A stretch of 64,000 bases of DNA, taken from contig CP089922.1 of NCBI GenBank assembly GCA_041879355.1, forward strand, positions 864,498 to 928,497, read 5' to 3'. The stretch is from Cyanobacteria bacterium LVE1205-1 (lineage in GTDB: Bacteria; Cyanobacteriota; Cyanobacteriia; CAIUCS01). Below, in pieces: positions 56,466 through 64,000 of this stretch. The first letter of the stretch is position 1. The number at the start of each line of letters is the position of its first letter. The position numbers and the translations under genes were made by a program. Below the pieces are notes generated by a model that was given only the letters and a program-made list of their open reading frames with translations, was not told the origin of the DNA and did not search any database.

Positions 56466-58499
56466 ATGAGTAAGCATAGGATAGGCGAATTAAATCAATT
56501 TGCTCAACATAACCCTGTATTACCGACCGGTGAGGGCAACAAATCTCAGGAAGCCGAGCCATCTCCGGGATGGTCTATTGAAGATAGTGAAGAACTGTAC
56601 CGAATTAAGGGATGGGGTGATCCTTATTTTTCCATTAATGCAGCGGGTCATGTAACAGTTTCTCCAAAAGGGGACAGGGGCGGCTCCCTAAATCTATTTG
56701 AATTGGTTAATGCTTTACGGCTCCGGAACCTGGGGTTGCCTCTATTAATACGATTTTCAGATATTTTAGAAGACCGGATTGAAAGACTGAATGCAGCGTT
56801 TGCCAAAGCGATTGCTCGGTATAATTACTGTGGCGTTTATAAGGGTGTATTCCCAGTTAAATGTAATCAACAACGTCATTTAGTTGAAGACTTAGTGAAG
56901 TTTGGTAAACCCTTTAAATTTGGATTAGAAGCGGGTTCAAAACCAGAATTAATGATTGCTCTGGCTTCATTGGATACCCCTGATGCTCTATTAATTTGCA
57001 ATGGATATAAGGATAGAGAATATATTGAAACAGCGATTCTGGCTCAACGGTTGAATCGAACAGCCATTATTGTACTGGAACAACTGGAAGAAGTAGAATT
57101 AGCCATTGCTGCCAGTCATAAGTTAGGGATCAATCCCATTTTGGGGATTCGGGCTAAACTCAGCACTAGGGGGGTTGGGCGCTGGGGTACTTCTGCGGGC
57201 GATCGCGCTAAGTTTGGACTAACAATCCCGGAAATACTGGATGTGGTGGAACATTTACGAGCAGCGAATCTACTGGATTCTTTGCAACTATTGCATTATC
57301 ATATTGGATCCCAAATTCCCGACATTACCGTAATTAAAGATGCGATTACAGAAGCCAGTCGTATTTATGTGGAACTGAGTCGATTGGGAGCCAAGATGGG
57401 CTACTTGGATGTGGGAGGTGGTCTGGGAGTTGACTATGATGGTTCAAAAACCAATTTCTATGCGTCTAAGAACTACAACATACAGAACTACGCCAATGAT
57501 ATCGTTGCAGAGCTAAAGGATGTTTGTACTGAAGCCCGCCTAAAAATGCCGACCCTCATTAGTGAAAGTGGTCGGGCAATTGCGGCACACCAATCAGTTC
57601 TTATATTTGATGTGCTAGGTTCTAGCGAAGTTCCTGCATTAGCCATTGAACCGTTGCAGGAAGAAGAACCCTTACTCATTCGCAACCTCTATGACACCTA
57701 TCAGTCAATTAATGATGACAATTATCAGGAGTGTTACCATGATGCGACTCAATTTAAGGAGCGGGCAATTAGTTTATTTAACTTGGGTTATCTCAGTTTG
57801 AAAGAACGGGCAAGGGCGGAACGATTATATTGGGGGTGTTGTCATCAGATTCTACCCATTGTCAGACGCCAGGAATACGTTCCTGACGATTTGGAAGACT
57901 TGGAAAAAATCATGGCTTCCATTTACTATGTGAATTTATCCGTATTTCAGTCTGCCCCAGATAGCTGGGCAATTGATCAATTATTCCCGATTATGCCTAT
58001 CCATCGGTTAGATGAAGAACCCACCCAACGGGCAACCCTGGCAGATTTAACCTGTGATAGTGATGGCAAAATCGATCAATTTATTGATTTGCGTGATGTA
58101 AAACATATTTTAGAACTTCATTCTTTACAACCCGAAACATCTTCCCCAATCCTGTCTTCTTCCCTCAAGTCCCTTTCCGCCCAATCTTATTATTTAGGGA
58201 TGTTTTTGGGAGGAGCTTATCAGGAAATTATGGGTAACCTGCATAATCTGTTTGGGGATGCAAATGCAGTTCATATCCAATTAACTCCAACTGGTTATCA
58301 GATTGAACATGTGGTGAAGGGGGATACTATGACCGAAGTATTGGGGTATGTCCAATATGATTCAGAGGATTTAATTGAAAGTATCCGGCGACAAACTGAA
58401 TGGGCGTTACAATCCCAACAAATTACCTTGACTGAATCCCAATTGTTGTTGCAAAATTATGAACGTAGCCTCAGTAGCTATACTTATTTGTCAAGTTGA
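56466..58499 (+). CDS. speA: Biosynthetic arginine decarboxylase
   Basis: 677 aa PLP fold-III decarboxylase, ...PLLIRFSDILEDRIERLNAAF..A......Y.G.Y.GVFPVKCNQQRHLVEDLV. Confidence 0.9.
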   Translation: MSKHRIGELNQFAQHNPVLPTGEGNKSQEAEPSPGWSIEDSEELYRIKGWGDPYFSINAAGHVTVSPKGDRGGSLNLFELVNALRLRNLGLPLLIRFSDILEDRIERLNAAFAKAIARYNYCGVYKGVFPVKCNQQRHLVEDLVKFGKPFKFGLEAGSKPELMIALASLDTPDALLICNGYKDREYIETAILAQRLNRTAIIVLEQLEEVELAIAASHKLGINPILGIRAKLSTRGVGRWGTSAGDRAKFGLTIPEILDVVEHLRAANLLDSLQLLHYHIGSQIPDITVIKDAITEASRIYVELSRLGAKMGYLDVGGGLGVDYDGSKTNFYASKNYNIQNYANDIVAELKDVCTEARLKMPTLISESGRAIAAHQSVLIFDVLGSSEVPALAIEPLQEEEPLLIRNLYDTYQSINDDNYQECYHDATQFKERAISLFNLGYLSLKERARAERLYWGCCHQILPIVRRQEYVPDDLEDLEKIMASIYYVNLSVFQSAPDSWAIDQLFPIMPIHRLDEEPTQRATLADLTCDSDGKIDQFIDLRDVKHILELHSLQPETSSPILSSSLKSLSAQSYYLGMFLGGAYQEIMGNLHNLFGDANAVHIQLTPTGYQIEHVVKGDTMTEVLGYVQYDSEDLIESIRRQTEWALQSQQITLTESQLLLQNYERSLSSYTYLSS

Positions 58500-59215
58500 G
58501 GAGATACAATAACAACGGTGATGTTATCTCCGCCACCTCTCTCGTTTGCAGCGTTAATTAACGATTGGGCTATGTGGTCATTGGTGCCATCACTGGCTAA
58601 ATAAACTGCAATTAAGTCGTCAGTTAATTCTTCAGTCAAACCATCACTACAGACTAAGAGGCGATCCCACAGTTGAAAGTCAAACGGTTGAATGTCTAAC
58701 CCAGTCACATTTTCTCTGCCTAGACATTGAGATAAGACATGACGCATGGGATGGGTTCGAATTTCTTCAGGCTGAATTAACCCCGATTTAGCCGCCCAGT
58801 TAACCCATGTATGATCTTCAGTAATTTGGGTTAGGTGGTGGGATCGGAGTCGATACAACCGAGAGTCACCAATATGGGCACACCAGTTTTCTCCCTGACG
58901 GAAGATGACAACTACTACAGTGGTTCCCATATCAGCCCGTTGGGGATAGTGACGTTGGTTTTCTAAAATGTCATCATTTGCCTTGGTAATGGCTTTTGTT
59001 AACAATTGATGGCTGGTATGGTCACCATGCCAATGTTCTTGTAAACAACAATGAATAGACTGGATAGCAATTTGACTTGCTTCCTGACCACCCGCATGTC
59101 CTCCCATCCCGTCAGCCAATACTAAAAAATAACCATTGGGGTCAATAAAATAAGCATCCTGGTTGACTGAACGAACTGATCCCAGATCGGTTAAACCTGC
59201 AATGTTAAGTTTCAT
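58484..59215 (-). CDS. PP2C-family Ser/Thr protein phosphatase
   Basis: MKLNIAGLTDLGSVRSVNQDAYF...VLADGMGGHAGGQEAS...CSDGL. Confidence 0.85.
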   Translation of the reverse strand: MKLNIAGLTDLGSVRSVNQDAYFIDPNGYFLVLADGMGGHAGGQEASQIAIQSIHCCLQEHWHGDHTSHQLLTKAITKANDDILENQRHYPQRADMGTTVVVVIFRQGENWCAHIGDSRLYRLRSHHLTQITEDHTWVNWAAKSGLIQPEEIRTHPMRHVLSQCLGRENVTGLDIQPFDFQLWDRLLVCSDGLTEELTDDLIAVYLASDGTNDHIAQSLINAANERGGGDNITVVIVSPQLDK

Positions 59216-59450
59216 AGTTTTATAGGGACATGAAGATGAATTTAGGTCAAAGTCGCCTCAATGGGTTGCCCGAAGGTTTTCATTTACAGTATCAATTTCC
59301 TTGCTCTGCAAAGGAAATCTGACTGATAGCACATCTTTGTTACCAAACACGTCTGCACCTTGTTACGCAATGTAAGTTTGCCCTCACGGGACGATGGTAG
59401 GCTCCTTCCATTCAAGTCTATGAGTACACTTCACTCGAATTATACATCAA

Positions 59451-59490
59451 CAAAAGCAGCCGGGGCTTCACCGCCCCGTACTAAAAAATA
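59451..59490 (-). terminator. Candidate intrinsic terminator downstream of the ABC1-kinase gene
   Basis: The minus strand reads GGGGCGGTGAAGCCCCGGCTGCTTTTGTTG, a GC stem-loop followed by a T-rich tract. Confidence 0.35.
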
Positions 59491-59526
59491 GAATTGCTAA
59501 GGTCCCTAGTTTTTATCCCGTAGGCA

Positions 59527-61203
59527 CTAACGATCAGATTGATCAAGACGGATCATAAGTCGCAGGAAAATTCCCCCACGATTAGTACTAAGAATCAATA
59601 ATGGGATTGCCAATCCTACCTGCCCATTAACCCATAAAATTGATGCCGATAGAAGAAAGCTACCCATAAGGATTGCGTAGTTTGTTCCTAACTGAGCTGA
59701 ACTCACGCGTCTTAATAATCGTTCAGTTTCAATTGAACGGGTTCTAATCCTTATATCCCCCTGTTCCAGTTTATCAAGGGTTTCTTCTACCCGACGGGGT
59801 AAATTGAATGCCCGATTACTAACCTCCACTGCCTGTCGCCCTAATTCATTAAACAATCCATTGGCAGTTGATTGGGCGCCGTTATTCATAATTTCCATGG
59901 CAAATGGTTTTGCTACCTCCATAAAGTTAAATGTGGGGTCTAACCCCTTACCCACTCCCTCCAACGTTGAAAATGCCCGCATCACGAAGGTAAACGTTGC
60001 TGGAAACCGAAAGGGCTGATTATAAGCAACTTCATAGAGAATCGTCACTGATGGCATCAATGGACTGTGCCTCGAAAGGTTTATCCATAAAGTTATCTAA
60101 CATGTATTGAATTGATCGGCGCACCGGTCCCCTATCCTCCCCAGGGACTAGTGCCCCCAAGTCAACTAACGAATTAATCACCCGCTCAGCATCTTTTTGG
60201 GCAATACCAAAAAACGTTTCCAATAATTTTTCTCGTATGTCTGACCGTAGTCGTCCCATCATCCCAAAGTCATAAAAAATCAATCGCCCGTCGGCACTGG
60301 CGGCGATGTTACCCGGATGGGGATCAGCGTGGAAAAAACCATCATTGAGAAGTTGCTGCAAATAAGCTTGGGCACCAAGACGAGCCAGTTCCCCACGATT
60401 TAAACCCGCTGCCTCAATGGCTTCGTAATGACTAATTTTGATTCCGGGTAAATATTCTAAGGTAAGAACCCGAGGAGAGGAATACCGCCAGTAAACCCTG
60501 GGAATCAGTGCCCAGTCAACTTGTCGAAAGTTTCGACGAAATGTGTCAGCATTCCGACCCTCATTCAAATAATCAATTTCTTCCCACAGAATTCGACAAC
60601 ATTCTTCATAAATACCAATCCAATCTCTTCCCTTTCCCCAATAGGGATGGTGCTGGAAGTAACGGGTGATTCCTTTCAGAATTGTCAAATCAATTTCAAA
60701 TAGTTTTTTTAATCCTAGTCGTTGTACTTTAACAACAACGTCTTCACCTCCATAAAGTTTAGCTCGATGAACCTGTCCTAAACTGGCGGCTGCTAGGGGT
60801 ACTGATTCGAAGTAAGCAAAAAGCTCTGGAATTGACTTGCCAAAGTCTTGAATCTATAATTGATTGCACCTGATCATAACTAAATGCAGGAACCTTATCT
60901 TGGAGTTTGGCTAATTCTTCAACATATTCGGAGGGAAATAAATCAGCGCGTGTGGAGAATAATTGACCTAGTTTAATGAAGGTGGGACCCAAATCCAAAA
61001 GAGTTTCCCGAACCCAGATGGCTTGTACCCGACGACGGTATTTCGTTTTATCGTCACTGATGCCGCCAACATAACTCCAAGACTGGCGATTGATCCATAA
61101 CGATGAGAATCCATCGCAGCACAAATGCCCAAATATCAATGAACCGGAGAACCTGGGAATAACCCTCTCGACTCCAACGATAGGTCTTAGTAGGATAATT
61201 CAT
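59527..61203 (-). CDS. ABC1/UbiB (ADCK) family atypical kinase, split into at least 3 ORFs by indels
   Basis: LGPTFIKLGQLFSTRADLFP.EYV.EL..LQD.VP, then FFHADPHPGNI...DGRLIFYDFGMMG, then C-terminal TM helices. Confidence 0.8.
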
Positions 61204-61395
61204 CACGGATTGTTGGTCAGGATCAGACTGAATAGTGTCACTAACAAGAAGTTAACCATCTGAAGAAGGTAAAAGATAAAGGAATCAGTGGTATTCCATT
61301 GTGACCAAGTTTTGTGGGTGCTTGGAAAACAGTAAACATACATCGGATTCCAATGAAACCATGGTTGCTGCAACGGTAAACAAATAGTAAAACAA

Positions 61396-61776
61396 TTATG
61401 CTCGGCTGCGATAACGTTGCAGTTCAGATCGAACGTGGGCTATTTCTGCGCGTAATTCATCAATGGTAGTCTGTAAATCAGTTATGGGGGAACCTGATGC
61501 CCCGTTGCCTCGATTGTTGACAGGTCTGTTTTGTAAAGTATCTAATTCAGCCGCATTGGCTAGTTCTAAAACCCGATTAGTGAATAGTCTGAGTTGTTCC
61601 CGTTGTTCAGCATCAAATTTACCAAACTCACCGAGGGTGTGTGTGACTTTTTTCTCCAATTGCTCACCTACAGCCTGGGCAACTGCTCGTCCTACAAAAA
61701 AGGCATGAACTACGGAATTTACCATGATGAAATCACAACTAAATGAACTAATGAGATTATAGCGTTTTATCGCCAA
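61396..61776 (-). CDS. Hypothetical protein (probable start at the internal Met, 61728)
   Basis: An ORF with amphipathic helices and a C-terminal coiled coil (DLQTTIDELRAEIAHVRSELQRYRSR). Confidence 0.35.
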   Translation of the reverse strand: MAIKRYNLISSFSCDFIMVNSVVHAFFVGRAVAQAVGEQLEKKVTHTLGEFGKFDAEQREQLRLFTNRVLELANAAELDTLQNRPVNNRGNGASGSPITDLQTTIDELRAEIAHVRSELQRYRSRA

Positions 61777-61833
61777 TTAGGGTTGTTCTCCCATTAGCTG
61801 GAGGTAATCCTGGGGATAAATCATTGGTGAATT

Positions 61834-63413
61834 TTAAGGTCTTGCATCGCTGGAAAAAATAATGTCCCGGGAATTGATTCGGGCAAAGGGGCTAAGAACT
61901 GAAAGAATGGATTGACCATAGCTGCGATGAATCACCCGACTGTCTAGTAAGGCAACGATTCCTTGTTGCTGCCTGAGGGGGGCGATCGCCCGTTGTAACG
62001 TATTGAGTGCCTTTGGCAGTAAATAAAGACGAAACCAATCCTGATGTAATTGTTTGTAGTATGCCACCCGTCCCGCAACTAAAGGATTTTCCAAAGATGG
62101 AATGGGTAGGGTGGCAATCACCAATAGACGGGGGCAGGGCAACTGGGACTGAAATTCTTGCCAAAACTCCCAACCCATGACTAAAATTCCATTTTCCGCA
62201 ACCTCAATAAACCGTTCCATCTGCACCCGTGAACCAAATTCTGCTGCCAGTAAAGCAGCCACCTGTTGTTTGAGGGGCGTGTCTCCAATAATTACCACCG
62301 TTAAACCCAAATGGTCATAGACTTGATTGAACAATTGTCTCAGCTCCACCATTAATGCAGATTGATACTGAGGTGTGTTGGGCATTGGTAATTTTTCAGG
62401 TAAGTAAAGATGGATTAAATTAGCTTGGCGATCCAGTGGGAATTGGACACAAGTAGCATCCCTTAATCCTAGTTGGTGACGGGAAAGGGAAGCATGGGCA
62501 TCTAAGTCAAGGGTGCCCCCAATTAATATGGAGGGTTGGACTGACCAAATCTGACTTAATAGGGAAGAAACATCAGCCGGTCCAGCAAATAAACTGAACT
62601 GACCCAGTTCTCGATCCACCGTTCCCCAGCACACCGTATTCAATGCATGTAGATGGAGTTCCAACTGCTGCCAATTTTTGGGTAGGGTCATACCTGGTTG
62701 ATGATGATCATCTTGATTGAGGGCATGGTATAGACGACGGAGGATTTCCTGTTCAGTCTGTTCCACAATATAACAACCATAGGGGTTTATTGGTCGCTGA
62801 AATAAGAGCCGCGTTAATTGAATGCGACTGTCTCGAATCAATTCAGTGTGTTGTGGATAGGCTAGGGTTAATTCATACCAATCTTGGGGGTGAATAGCAG
62901 TCGTAAGACAATCAATGGTCCATGCTTCAATATCGTCAATACTATCCAGCACTGTGGGGATCCCGGGGGTATTTGGTGGTTGCCAGTCAACCAATCCCGT
63001 AGCCAACTCTCCGGGGTGATCAGCATCAATCCTTGAAAATGGTGGGAATGCCAATACTCCCCCTTTACAATAGGTTTGGAAGAATTCATCCATTGCTGGA
63101 GTTGAGGAATTTCCACCAGTAATAACCGTTGTTGTACTGATGGGGGGGTAACTAAAATCACCGGTTCTGGCCAAATTAAAATTGAAGCTAGGTAACTAAG
63201 GCGATAGGGACGACAATAACCAGTACAATCCCCAGTTTGAATCAAGGCACTGCGTCCCAGCCGCAATGCCCGTGCCACTAACCGTGCCATGGTTAAGTGG
63301 TGCGGCCAGTCGGGTTGCCCCTGGGCTCTTAAAAAAGCACGGAGTCGTTGATGAACATCTACCTCAAACACGATGGTTAATAAGATTGAATAGATTTTAG
63401 AGGGATGGCTCAA
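61834..63413 (-). CDS. DinG/Rad3-like helicase C-terminal-domain protein lacking an obvious Walker A, split by an indel near 62870-63170
   Basis: The C-terminal region ...LLVIATLPIP...LP.A...L.QA...L.R...GIVALLDSRVIHRSYGQSILSVL resembles the DinG helicase C-domain. Confidence 0.5.
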
Positions 63414-63718
63414 TTAAAGCTTAATAGTATTCGAGTTGACAACTCCCCTAGGATTACTCCACCAACGTCCCAGTGCTGATTGGATGATTCTATGACAAAC
63501 TCCATTGGGGGGAAGTATTCCCCAGCCCTTTATTAGATAGTAGGGGTGAAAAGAAGATCGCCGGGCGGGAAGGGAGTGGAACGAGTGAATTGTCCATGTC
63601 ACCGGGTGGAAAATTATCCCGGTCTTCACCAGTCTTTCCAGAAAGACTATGGATTTAACGTGTTACTATGATCGTATTTTGAAGGTATTAATTCTAGTTT
63701 ATTCTAAACTTTCTTTCC

Positions 63719-64000
63719 ATGCGTGTATTTGTGTTATTGTTCAACCCTGGCACTGAAAATGAAGGAATTCATACCCTGACAGTGGGCGATCGCAACATTG
63801 TTTTAATGTTTGAATCAGAAGATGATGCCACTCGCTACGCCCTTTTACTAGAAGCTCAGGATTTTCTTCAACCGAGTATTGAAACTGTTGACCAGTCAGA
63901 GATTGAAGAATTTTGCGCTTCGGCGGGATATCAATGTCAGAATGTACCTTCTGGTTTCATTCCACACAATGATTTGGAAAAACTTTTATTAGTGCCACCG
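63719..64000 (+). CDS. DUF3110-like protein, 3' end beyond the window
   Basis: MRVFVLLFNPGTENEGIHTLTVGDRNIVLMFESEDDATRYALLLEAQDF.... There is no stop before the window edge. Confidence 0.55.
   Translation, partial: MRVFVLLFNPGTENEGIHTLTVGDRNIVLMFESEDDATRYALLLEAQDFLQPSIETVDQSEIEEFCASAGYQCQNVPSGFIPHNDLEKLLLVPP

Overview
This window looks like a cyanobacterial chromosome segment. Evidence: about 20 HIP1 octamers (GCGATCGC); the cyanobacterial ATP-synthase gene order atp1-atpI-atpH-atpG-atpF-atpD-atpA; and ycf35, a plastid-type fibrillin and TGD2/TGD3-like Mla genes.

Positions 1 to about 41,500 and about 54,600 to 64,000 carry core housekeeping genes. These include the ATP synthase operon, cobQ, murI, selO, solanesyl-PP synthase, tRNA-Ser(UGA), a DUF318 permease, yidD, an SPFH protein, a MlaF/MlaD pair, sppA, type-2 IPP isomerase, the dTDP-rhamnose cluster rfbC-rfbD-rfbA-rfbB with a CapD-like dehydratase, an FGE-domain protein, apbC/mrp, ycf35 with DUF2997, menD, aminopeptidase P, an LMW-PTP, a GntR regulator, ilvA, ilvH, a GT4 glycosyltransferase, ftsZ, speA, a PP2C phosphatase, an ABC1 kinase and a DinG-like protein.

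Between about 41,600 and 54,400 lies a roughly 13 kb accessory island. Most of it is an IS mosaic: two inverted IS3-family copies (one truncated, one internally deleted), two IS5-family copies (one truncated), an IS1-family transposase copy plus a 60 bp IS1 end remnant, and an IS1634-family element with a 5 bp TSD. The mosaic also carries a DUF433/DUF5615 toxin-antitoxin pair, an orphan type I hsdM and a methyltransferase-like gene.

At the island's right end is what I read as a chromosomal integron. It comprises the integron integrase intI (53243..54214, +), an attI-like region with an inverted L/R simple site plus four tandem degenerate 40 bp direct repeats, a first cassette encoding a 440 aa secreted protein of unknown family with a single CXXCH motif, a well-formed attC (51502..51588), and a second cassette whose ORF is cut by an IS1 end remnant followed by nested IS5 and IS1634 insertions. 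A 5' fragment of radA abuts intI.

Five copies of a roughly 155 bp MITE-like palindromic element with 9 bp target duplications are scattered through the window. One lies between rfbA and rfbB.

About 20 genes, including atpA and atpI, are split by single-base indels, mostly at homopolymer runs. These are most likely assembly errors, so pseudogene calls here are unreliable. Coordinates of mobile-element ends are approximate.
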